DNA from: a bacterium
Lineage (GTDB): Bacteria > SAR324 > XYD2-FULL-50-16 > G965216635
Length of the DNA: 64,000 nt
Reading direction: 5' to 3'
Assembly (NCBI GenBank): GCA_965216635.1
Contig: OZ244188.1
Location: 800,001 to 864,000 of the forward strand
Numbering within the stretch: the stretch's first letter is position 1; each line of letters opens with the position of its first letter. The notes under the pieces are model-generated. The model worked only from the letters and a program-made list of their open reading frames with translations. It was not told where the DNA came from and ran no database searches. The position numbers and the translations under genes were made by a program. Positions 9,901 to 19,522 of this stretch are shown in pieces.

Positions 9901-10231
9901 ATCCGAGTTCTTTTTCTGCTTCAAATTCTATAGGTAAACCGTGACAATCCCAACCAAAACGACGTTCTACTTTTTTGCCGAGCATAGTCTGATAACGAGG
10001 AATAACATCTTTGATAGTCCCAGCTAAAATATGTCCGTAGTGAGGAAGTCCTGTTGCGAAAGGAGGACCATCATAAAAAAAATAACGATTAGCCTCATCT
10101 TTTTCTTCTACTGATCGCCTGAAAATATGATTTTTTTCCCAAAATTCTAAAATGGATTCTTCCATTTTAGCAAAATCCGTTTGAGAACTGATTTTTTCAA
10201 ATTGCATAAATTTTGAAGAGATTTTTTGCAT
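6938..10231 (-). CDS. ileS: Isoleucine--tRNA ligase, IleRS2 type; real start probably 10231 or 10207
   Basis: FYDGPPFATGLPHYGH, GWDCHGLP, WTTTPWT, KMSKS; the ORF-track start at 10264 lies inside a repeat. Confidence 0.97.
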   Translation of the reverse strand: MQKISSKFMQFEKISSQTDFAKMEESILEFWEKNHIFRRSVEEKDEANRYFFYDGPPFATGLPHYGHILAGTIKDVIPRYQTMLGKKVERRFGWDCHGLPIEFEAEKELGLKGKQDIEKMGIAKFNEYCRSIVLRYTEEWKKNVKRMGRWADLENPYKTMDLNFMESIWWVFKRLWEKKLIYQGSKILAYSTRLHTPLSNFEVNLGYKNVQDPSIVVAFQKLAHKNEHCENEYFLAWTTTPWTIPSNLALSVHPKIRYAKVASKEKFYYLAESLVPKYFKENFEIKATMLGAELLGEKYKPVFPYFEKYRTQNAFQIFDGDFVSEESGTGIVHCAPMFGEDDFEIGKKHNLPEVLPLNSSGYFDETVSAKKLNLQGLYFKDADKPIMTALKKAGFLFHQSTIEHSYPFCWRSDTPLIYRAIPSWFVAVTEFKETMLKNNQSVHWKPEHIKNGRMGKWLESAKDWSISRNRYWGTPIPVWICEFCGEKECLGSRQELEEKTGKKITDLHRHFIDDLTFPCPKCQKIMRRTSEVLDCWFESGSMPYGQEHYPYENKEKFDKAFPADFISEGLDQTRGWFYTLIVLSNALFGKCAFKNIIVSGLLLAEDGKKMSKSLKNYPDPNLLIAKYGADAIRLYLLNCAAVKAEEYCFSEALLKETAKNYLIPLWNVYVFYKTYSEIDNFTPQKLLDFDTFIKTSDENIEIEEIPTDKNELKNILHKDIDRWIVSKLHSLIKQVRETMDDYDINRAVQPFLVFIDQLTNWYIRCNRRRFWKANSDLEYYENKEQAYFCLYEVLRKLCLVLAPFIPFLTEKIYFNIRRQDLDEKRSPISVHLCEFPKPNENWIDEKLNDEMDKIIQIVSLGRQLRAQSEIRLRQPLPKITLVSSEKNLKKLVQSMSELICEELNVKEVAFLENEEKLVKLSARPNLPLLGPRYGKHMKQVSHAIKNISSVELFEIYKGNTYSFSVEEESFSLNKEDLIFDRQSSGDNLLIESYQNITVVLDVELDEKLLQEGLIRDFIRQVQQKRKDTGLEVTDRISIEFVKNKLLSTAIRSFEDYLKQETLSEKITELETESKDKNLQPIIIGEEEYYFGISKLDF

Positions 10232-10235
10232 TATG

Positions 10236-10476
10236 GAGACCTTTGAATTTGCCAAATAGGACAAAACCAGCTGCGACGGCTAGGCAAGACGAAATTTTTT
10301 TTAGCTCGCTGGAATATATGTAATATTTCAAGAGTTAAAAAAAATTTTCAACGGCGTAATGAAAAACACTACAAACCTTGCATACTCCAAAAAAGGAGTG
10401 CAAAAGAGCCACTGGCTCTTTTGCTAAAGCCCGTATAGAGTGAAAGCAATAAGCTTGTTTTGGCTAAACAGAACGT
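10236..10476. mobile_element. MITE-like palindromic element, long form, right end eroded
   Basis: GAGACCTTTGAATTTGCC start, core hairpin, GCAAAAGAGCCACTGGCTCTTTTGC hairpin. Confidence 0.8.
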
Positions 10477-10573
10477 TAATGCAAAGATCTCTTTAGATGA
10501 TAAATTGAGTTTAGTAATAGACTAGCCCAATCTGAAAAAAAATTCAATTTGCTTTTTCTTAAATAAAAAAATA

Positions 10574-10755
10574 TAGATCTTTGAATTTGCCAAATAGGAC
10601 AAAACCAGCTGTGACGGTTAGCCAAATGGTTAGAACAGGTGCGAAAAAAAATTTTAGCTCGTAGGAATACTGAAGAGCATTTCTTCATAAATGGCAAGAG
10701 TTAAAAAATTTTTTCGCCTTGCCTAGCCGTCACATCAGCGAAATTCAAAGGTCTA
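10574..10755. mobile_element. MITE-like palindromic element
   Basis: TAGATCTTTGAATTT...AAATTCAAAGGTCTA terminal inverted repeats. Confidence 0.85.
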
Positions 10756-10883
10756 GTGTTTACTTTTTTGGTTTATTTTAAAATCGCCTAAAATAAATTT
10801 TTTTTTTAAATTTATTGCAATTTACATAAATAATGGGCTATTTTTAAATTTGATTCTTAATTTAAACTTAATTTATTATTCTC

Positions 10884-12500
10884 ATGTTTATAAAAACAAA
10901 AAAAATGCTAACAAAATCTAGGATTTTATTAGCTTTCATCTCTATTGGTTTTATCTTTTCCAGTTATTCTTGTTCTACAACAAGCTATCAGAAAGATAAA
11001 ACATATAAAATAACCGTTTTACATACGAACGACCATCACGGTAGATTTTGGAAAAACAAACGTAATGAATACGGTATGGCTGCGCGTAAAACCTTGATTG
11101 ATTCTATCCGCCAAGAAGTCCAAGCAAATGGAGGGAATCTGTTGCTTTTGTCTGGTGGAGATATTAACACTGGTGTTCCAGAATCTGACTTGCAAGACGC
11201 AGAACCAGATTTTAAAGGCATGAATAAAATAGGTTACGATGCTATGGCGTTAGGAAATCACGAATTTGATAATTCTTTAGCAGTTTTAAAAAAACAGAGC
11301 GGGTGGGCTGGTTTTCCTTTTCTTTCCGCAAATGTGGTGACAAAAAAAAACGGGAAACTTTTGTATCAATCGCATATTATCAAAAAAATTGGAGGTTTGA
11401 AAATTGCAATTGTAGGTTTCACAACAAAAGATACTAAAATTATTGGTAATCCTCAATTTATAGGAGACTTGGATTTTTTAGACCCCATTGAAGTAGGTAA
11501 AAAACTCATACCTCGTTTGAAGCAGGAAAACGACCTAGTGTTTGCTGTTACCCACATGGGACACTACGCCAACGCAGAGTATGGTGGAAATGCACCAGGT
11601 GATATTTCTCTGGCAAGAGCTGTTGAGGGATTAGATCTAATTGTAGGAGGTCATTCTCAAAATCCGTTGTTTGAGCCAGATGTTCAAAACGGAACGCTCA
11701 TTTTACAGGCTTATGAGTGGGGCAAATATGTAGGTAGGCTAGACCTAGTTTTTCGCAATGGAGAGTTAAAAAAACAAAACTACCGTTTGATTCCTGTCAA
11801 TTTAACCAAGAAAATCAAAAATGAAGAAGGCAAGAAAGTGCGTGTTTTGATAGAAGAAGAAATCCTAGAAGATTCTGAAATGAAAACTTTCTTGAAACCA
11901 TTTTTTGACAAAGGGCAACAAGAATTACAAAAAATTATCGGCTCTAGTGATAAACTTTTTGTGGGAGATAGAAAATTTGTGCGAGTTCAAGAAACCAACC
12001 TAGGCAATCTTATTGCTCTAGCTCAAATGGAAAAAACCAATTCTGATTTATCTGTTATGAATTCGGGAGGTATCCGTGCAGATTTAGAAGCTGGAGACAT
12101 AACATATAAAGATGTTTTGATAGTCCAGCCTTTCGCCAATACCCTTTGTTCAGTGCTCTTAACGGGTGCTGAATTAAAAAAATACCTTGAGGTAGTTGGT
12201 AATAAAGAAAAAGGTTCAGGTGCTTTTCCACAATTTGCTGGAGTGAAACTTTATTATAATGGTAGCAAATTGGTGAATTTGGAAGTTCAAGGAAAAAAAA
12301 TAAAAAATACCCAAATGTATAAAATTTCTATCAATAGCTATATTGCATCAGGTGGAGATGGTTATCCTAAATTGAGCGACCATCCTAATTTTGTGGATAC
12401 GGGTTATGTAGATGCTGATATGCTGCGAGAATATATTAGTAAAAAATCTCCCTTGAAAGTAGAGGATTACAAACCTAGTAATGATTTAATACGTAACTAA
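10884..12500 (+). CDS. ushA: 5'-nucleotidase / UDP-sugar hydrolase, probable lipoprotein
   Basis: HTNDHHG, GGDINTG, GNHEFD, GGHSQ metallophosphoesterase motifs; lipobox-like SYSC. Confidence 0.93.
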   Translation: MFIKTKKMLTKSRILLAFISIGFIFSSYSCSTTSYQKDKTYKITVLHTNDHHGRFWKNKRNEYGMAARKTLIDSIRQEVQANGGNLLLLSGGDINTGVPESDLQDAEPDFKGMNKIGYDAMALGNHEFDNSLAVLKKQSGWAGFPFLSANVVTKKNGKLLYQSHIIKKIGGLKIAIVGFTTKDTKIIGNPQFIGDLDFLDPIEVGKKLIPRLKQENDLVFAVTHMGHYANAEYGGNAPGDISLARAVEGLDLIVGGHSQNPLFEPDVQNGTLILQAYEWGKYVGRLDLVFRNGELKKQNYRLIPVNLTKKIKNEEGKKVRVLIEEEILEDSEMKTFLKPFFDKGQQELQKIIGSSDKLFVGDRKFVRVQETNLGNLIALAQMEKTNSDLSVMNSGGIRADLEAGDITYKDVLIVQPFANTLCSVLLTGAELKKYLEVVGNKEKGSGAFPQFAGVKLYYNGSKLVNLEVQGKKIKNTQMYKISINSYIASGGDGYPKLSDHPNFVDTGYVDADMLREYISKKSPLKVEDYKPSNDLIRN

Positions 12501-12683
12501 ACCTTTGAATTTGCCAAATAGGACAAAACCAGCTGTGACGGATAGGCAAATAGTTAGAACAGGTGCAAAAAAAAATTTTAGCTCGCAGGAATACTGGAGA
12601 GCATTTCTTCACAAATGGCAAGAGTTAAATTTTTTTTTTAACGATTGCTTTGGCTAAACTAGACAAGCAAATTCAAAAGTCTA
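12498..12683. mobile_element. MITE-like element, flanked by GTAAC direct repeat; overlaps ushA stop
   Basis: TAAACCTTTGAATTTG...CAAATTCAAAAGTCTA. Confidence 0.85.
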
Positions 12684-12720
12684 GTAACTAAATAACAGAA
12701 AAAACCTTTCAATATGATAG

Positions 12721-12903
12721 GAGACCTTTGAATTTGCCAAATAGGACAAAACCAGCTGTGACGGCTAGCCAAATGGTTAGAACAGGTGCAAAAAAAAATT
12801 TTAGTTTGCAGGAATACTGGAGAGCATTTCTTCACAAATGGCAAGAGTTAAAAAAAATTTTTAACGCTGCATAGGCTAAACAGAATGCAAATTCAAAAGT
12901 CTC
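12721..12903. mobile_element. MITE-like element
   Basis: GAGACCTTTGAA...TTCAAAAGTCTC; flanks GATAG/AATAG. Confidence 0.85.
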
Positions 12904-13145
12904 AATAGGAAAAAAACTTGCTGTTTTACTGTTATTTGTTTCAGCAGTAGTTTCCGTCTTTGCTAGGGGCGAAGTTGTTATTTAATAATCCCTTAAAAAA
13001 TCATTTTACCTTGTCAATACTAGGAGAAACACCTAGAAATCTAGTTATAAAAAAACCAATCTTTGAGTCTATAGTTTTATTTTCTGGTTGTTTTATTAAT
13101 TTTTTAAAACTTTAAAACAGGCAACCTTTCTTACTCAAACCTTTT

Positions 13146-13283
13146 TTAGATGCTTTTGAAGAGAGGAATAAAAAATTTGAGTAATGGCGTTTGGTTTTTC
13201 TTTTTGTAATTATAGATTGATAAAGCGATATTACCTATAATGCCAGCCACAGCTAAAGTGCTAAACAAAATAAATGCTTCCAT
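13146..13283 (-). CDS. Small single-TM peptide, 45 aa, copy 2
   Basis: MEAFILFSTLAVAGIIGNIALSIYNYKKK...; duplicate of 13288-13395. Confidence 0.6.
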   Translation of the reverse strand: MEAFILFSTLAVAGIIGNIALSIYNYKKKNQTPLLKFFIPLFKSI

Positions 13284-13287
13284 AATT

Positions 13288-13395
13288 TTATCTTTTAGAT
13301 TTGTTTTTTTTCTTTTTGTAATTATAGATTGATAAAGCAATATTACCTATAATACCAGCCACAGCTAAAGTGCTAAATAAAATAAATGCTTCCAT
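13288..13395 (-). CDS. Small single-TM peptide, 35 aa, copy 1
   Basis: Manual translation MEAFILFSTLAVAGIIGNIALSIYNYKKKKNKSKR. Confidence 0.6.
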   Translation of the reverse strand: MEAFILFSTLAVAGIIGNIALSIYNYKKKKNKSKR

Positions 13396-13398
13396 TTT

Positions 13399-13520
13399 TT
13401 ATTTTTTCATTAATCTAAAACCAATAATAGCTATTAAAAAGGTAGCTATTCCTCCTGCTAATAAAATTGTTAGTCTTGAGAATCCTTCCAATTCAAATAT
13501 TCTGCTATCTTAGTTTTCAT
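13399..13520 (-). pseudogene. Internally deleted small membrane protein, possibly DUF6722-like
   Basis: MKTKIAEY then out-of-frame FELEGFSRLTILLAGGIATFLIAIIGFRLMKK. Confidence 0.45.
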
Positions 13521-13629
13521 TTATATTAATATTTATTATTAGCCTGTTCTAGTTTTAGAAAATATAATTCACAAGCTATTTTTTAGCAAATTAGTAATCC
13601 TATCTATTGCAAAATAATCTACAAAAAAA

Positions 13630-13670
13630 AAACCCAAAGGTAAAGATAAAAATCTTTAGCCTCTGGGTTT
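13630..13670 (-). terminator. Terminator-like hairpin, copy 6 of 6
   Basis: AAACCCAGAGGCTAAAGAT-loop-ATCTTTACCTTTGGGTTT plus T tract on minus strand. Confidence 0.75.
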
Positions 13671-13695
13671 CTTTTTTTAAAAAAAAACTAAAGTT

Positions 13696-14061
13696 TTAGT
13701 CTATTAACTGAGGTTTTTTAAGTTTTGGTTCACTATCAAAAACACAGGTAAGATTATCTGCATTATCAATAAAAGCAACTAATGTATTACCGTGTTTTTT
13801 GTACTCTTTAATATTCACAGATTCTCCAATTTTTTTCTTAATTTCTTTTGCACAAGATTTTTCTCTTATCTTCTCAATAAGGCTAATTTCTGTTTTTAAA
13901 GTGGAAATAGTTTTTTCTAAACTAGAAATATTTTTTTCTAAACTAGAAATATTTTTTTCTAATTTATCAATTTCTTTTTTTTTCTTTGGAAAGGCAGTCT
14001 CGTGTATATAATCACAAGAAAATAGGAAAAAAATAATACCTAAAAATAGTATGAATTTCAT
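13696..14061 (-). CDS. Hypothetical lipoprotein with short coiled coil
   Basis: MKFILFLGIIFFLFSC lipobox; 21-nt LEKNISS tandem repeat. Confidence 0.7.
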   Translation of the reverse strand: MKFILFLGIIFFLFSCDYIHETAFPKKKKEIDKLEKNISSLEKNISSLEKTISTLKTEISLIEKIREKSCAKEIKKKIGESVNIKEYKKHGNTLVAFIDNADNLTCVFDSEPKLKKPQLID

Positions 14062-14139
14062 TTTAAATGCTTTGTTAAAGTTATTCAAAAAATACAAACC
14101 TTAAAATTTTTTAATAAAAAAATCAATAGCTACAAACAA

Positions 14140-14181
14140 AAAAAACAAAGGAAAAGATAAAATCTTTAATCTTTGGGTTTT
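14140..14181 (-). terminator. Terminator-like hairpin, copy 5, degenerate
   Basis: caaaggaaaagataaaatctttaatctttgggtttt. Confidence 0.65.
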
Positions 14182-14189
14182 CTAAAAAA

Positions 14190-14409
14190 TCAAAATCCAA
14201 AAATGTTTTGTAAAATAGGTATTACTACTGCTATTACTACCACCCCTAGCACCCATTTAATGATAGTAATTTCTTTATCAAATTTTGCTTCCAGCCTTCT
14301 AATGTCTTCTTTAGTTGCTAGTTGTTCAGCAGATAGGGCTTCAGCAGCAGCTTTTGCTTTATCTTTTTATACCAACACTAATAAAAGCCTCATAGACTTC
14401 GCTAACCAT
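14190..14409 (-). pseudogene. Frameshifted small coiled-coil plus TM protein (DUF1640/CCDC90-like)
   Basis: MVSEVYEAFISVGIK / DKAKAAAEALSAEQLATKEDIRRLEAKFDKEITIIKWVLGVVVIAVVIPILQNIFGF; 220 nt. Confidence 0.65.
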
Positions 14410-14472
14410 TATGCTCGTAGTTCTTTTACTAAAAGAATAATATTTTCCTTAGTTGTAAATATCTTTTTTATA

Positions 14473-14516
14473 AAAACCCAAAGACAAAAGATAAAAATCT
14501 TTAGCCTTTGGGTTTT
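14473..14516 (-). terminator. Terminator-like hairpin, copy 4
   Basis: aaaacccaaagacaaaagataaaaatctttagcctttgggtttt. Confidence 0.75.
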
Positions 14517-14534
14517 CTCCTAACAAGTAAAGTT

Positions 14535-14684
14535 TTAGTTATTTTTATTTTCTTTTTTATTAGGATTTTGCTGATCTCCACGATTACCTTGTGTTTGGTC
14601 GTGTTGCCTATTTGTTCCATCACTTCCTTTATTAGGATTTTGCTGATTAGCACTATTATCTCTGGGTGCTATTTTTTTGCTCAT
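14535..14684 (-). CDS. 49-aa Asn/Gln-rich peptide, copy 1
   Basis: MSKKIAPRDNSANQQNPNKGSDGTNRQHDQTQGNRGDQQNPNKKENKNN; frame conserved in three copies. Confidence 0.75.
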   Translation of the reverse strand: MSKKIAPRDNSANQQNPNKGSDGTNRQHDQTQGNRGDQQNPNKKENKNN

Positions 14685-14748
14685 AATAATATTTTTTATT
14701 AAAGGTTAATATTTAGTGATTCATATTATGAAACACTGAAAAAAATTA

Positions 14749-14777
14749 ATTGTAGTTGTTTTTTCTAAAAAAGTCAA
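14749..14777 (-). promoter_or_regulatory. Sigma70-like promoter
   Basis: TTGACT-17 bp-TACAAT. Confidence 0.65.
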
Positions 14778-14801
14778 TAGAAAAAAATCACCACAAACAA
14801 A

Positions 14802-14844
14802 AAAACCCAAAGACAAAAGATAAAATCTTTAGCCTTTGAGCTTT
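14802..14844 (-). terminator. Terminator-like hairpin, copy 3
   Basis: Same motif, two stem mismatches. Confidence 0.7.
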
Positions 14845-14866
14845 CTCCTAACAAGTAAAGTTTTAG

Positions 14867-15007
14867 TTATTTTTCTTTTTTATTAGGATTTTGTTGTTTT
14901 CCACGATTACCTTGTACTTGGTCTCGCTGTTTGTTCGTTCCAGAAGTTCCTTCATTAGGATTTTGTTGATTAGAACGATTATCTTTGGGTTCTATTTTTT
15001 CACTCAT
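14867..15007 (-). CDS. 46-aa Asn/Gln-rich peptide, copy 2
   Basis: MSEKIEPKDNRSNQQNPNEGTSGTNKQRDQVQGNRGKQQNPNKKEK. Confidence 0.75.
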   Translation of the reverse strand: MSEKIEPKDNRSNQQNPNEGTSGTNKQRDQVQGNRGKQQNPNKKEK

Positions 15008-15071
15008 AATAATATTTTTTATTAAAGGTTAATATTTAGTGATTCATATTATGAAACACTGAAAAAAATTA

Positions 15072-15100
15072 ATTGTAGCTGTTTTTTCTAAAAAAGTCAA
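15072..15100 (-). promoter_or_regulatory. Sigma70-like promoter
   Basis: TTGACT-17 bp-TACAAT. Confidence 0.65.
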
Positions 15101-15123
15101 TAGAAAAAAATAGCTACAAACAA

Positions 15124-15165
15124 AAAACCCAAAAGAAAAGATAAAATCTTTAGCCTTTGAGCTTT
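15124..15165 (-). terminator. Terminator-like hairpin, copy 2
   Basis: Same motif. Confidence 0.7.
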
Positions 15166-15193
15166 CTCCTAACAAATAAAGTTTTAGTTATTT

Positions 15194-15328
15194 TTATTTT
15201 TTATTAGGATTTTGTTGTTTTCCTTTATTACCTTGTGCTTTGTCGTAATGTGTGTTCGTTTCAGAAGTTCCTTTATTAGGATTTTGCTGATTAGCACTAT
15301 TATCTTTGGGTGCTATTTTTTTACTCAT
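15194..15328 (-). CDS. 44-aa Asn/Gln-rich peptide, copy 3
   Basis: MSKKIAPKDNSANQQNPNKGTSETNTHYDKAQGNKGKQQNPNKK. Confidence 0.75.
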   Translation of the reverse strand: MSKKIAPKDNSANQQNPNKGTSETNTHYDKAQGNKGKQQNPNKK

Positions 15329-15337
15329 TTTGATTTT

Positions 15338-15694
15338 TTATTTAGTTTTTATTACTTTTACTAAATTACCTATTACAACAACACAATTTCGAAAAGGAGG
15401 ATTCGTAACTTCAATACGCACATTAACTAGCAAGTCTCCATCTATCCCTTTTTTTTGACCTGTTTCTATTGCATCATCCATCGCTCTTCGGAGCCTATCA
15501 TCTTGAGACCCAAATGTAAAAATGAAACTAGTTATGCAACTTTTACCTTTTACTCTCTTTTTTGCAGGTTCTGAATAATTTAGATTTCGTACATTAAATG
15601 AGGAAGCAACTGTAAAATCTCCAAGTCGATAAGGAGAACAACCAACAAAAACTATAGAAATCAATAGTAAGAGTATTAATTTTCTAATTTTCAT
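15338..15694 (-). CDS. Hypothetical small lipoprotein
   Basis: Signal peptide with lipobox VFVGC; extra Cys pair. Confidence 0.75.
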   Translation of the reverse strand: MKIRKLILLLLISIVFVGCSPYRLGDFTVASSFNVRNLNYSEPAKKRVKGKSCITSFIFTFGSQDDRLRRAMDDAIETGQKKGIDGDLLVNVRIEVTNPPFRNCVVVIGNLVKVIKTK

Positions 15695-15792
15695 ATTATT
15701 TTATATTTAAAGGTTAAAATTTAGTGTTTCAATATAAAAACATCATAAAAACAAGAGTATAGTATTTTTATAAAAAAATCACCATAAACAAA

Positions 15793-15835
15793 AAAACCCA
15801 AAGACAAAAGATAAAATCTTTAGCCCCTGGGTTTT
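15793..15835 (-). terminator. Intrinsic terminator of the 23S transcript (hairpin copy 1)
   Basis: AAAACCCAGGGGCTAAAGAT-TTT-ATCTTTTGTCTTTGGGTTTT then T tract, about 100 nt after the 23S 3' end. Confidence 0.8.
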
Positions 15836-15934
15836 AACGCCATTGCTAAATGACAAAATTGGAAGCTATTTGGTGAAATGAAATTATTTTTAGTCAATAA
15901 ACAGAGTTTGTTGCCTAATTAAAATTTCAAGAAT

Positions 15935-18863
<2,929 letters not shown>

Positions 18864-18957
18864 AAATTTTTTTCTTGAGAGATATTTCAAATAAAAAGCC
18901 TATTTCACCGAAGTAAAACAGCCTATTCATTTAAAAAGTCTCTAACTGAAATAGCTT

Positions 18958-19052
18958 CCAACAATGTCAAAGAACAAGTTCTTCTTAAAAAGAGAATTTC
19001 TCTTTTTTGTGAATGAGTTAACACTCTAACTGAAAAAAGTTTATTTTGTCAA
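18958..19052 (-). promoter_or_regulatory. rRNA promoter and boxA-like element
   Basis: TTGACA-18 bp-TAGAGT after an A/T-rich UP region, then TGTTCTTTGACA. Confidence 0.65.
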
Positions 19053-19203
19053 TCTTTTTTTTAAATTATTTTAAAAATTTTATTTTTTACTTTAATTACG
19101 TAGCTTATAAGCCATATTTGGCTATATTTTACTAGACTTTTTAAGCAATTTATGTTTTAATTGGAGTATTGATAACTTAATTTTTTAGATTTTTATAGTA
19201 ATA

Positions 19204-19521
19204 ATGACAGAAAATCCATTAACAGATAGCATAGAATTACAAGAAATCGCTGTTTTAGAAAAAATAAAAGAACCTGATAAGTATAAAGTGATTTTGTTCA
19301 ATGATGATGTCACCCCTATGAATTTTGTGATTTATTTGTTGATGAAAATTTTTCGTATGAATGAAACAAAAGCAACAGATGTAATGCTAAAAATACACAA
19401 TGAAGGTCACGGAATCTGCGGTATTTATTCTTTTGAAATTGCAGAGACAAAAATTGCGGAAGTGAAATTTATAACAAAAAAAGAAAAATATCCTTTAAAA
19501 TTAAGTATAGAGAAGGTTTAA
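19204..19521 (+). CDS. clpS: Clp protease adaptor ClpS
   Basis: YKVILFNDDVTPMNFV, EIAETK; upstream of clpA. Confidence 0.95.
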   Translation: MTENPLTDSIELQEIAVLEKIKEPDKYKVILFNDDVTPMNFVIYLLMKIFRMNETKATDVMLKIHNEGHGICGIYSFEIAETKIAEVKFITKKEKYPLKLSIEKV

Positions 19522-19522
19522 A

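Noticed and set aside
10535..10557. aaaaaattcaatttgcttttt shared with about 47255-47275
   Set aside because: Short and low complexity; only two occurrences
10476..12844. ORFs 10476-10697 and 12659-12844, and N-terminal extensions of ileS and 61114
   Set aside because: Chance readings of MITE sequence
14173..14702. Plus-strand ORFs 14173-14523 and 14508-14702
   Set aside because: Shadows of minus-strand small genes, which have promoters, terminators or conserved frames
13630..15835. CRISPR array or integron attC array
   Set aside because: Spacers are several hundred bp, unequal and gene-bearing; no cas genes; hairpins lack paired RYYYAAC/GTTRRRY boxes; no intI
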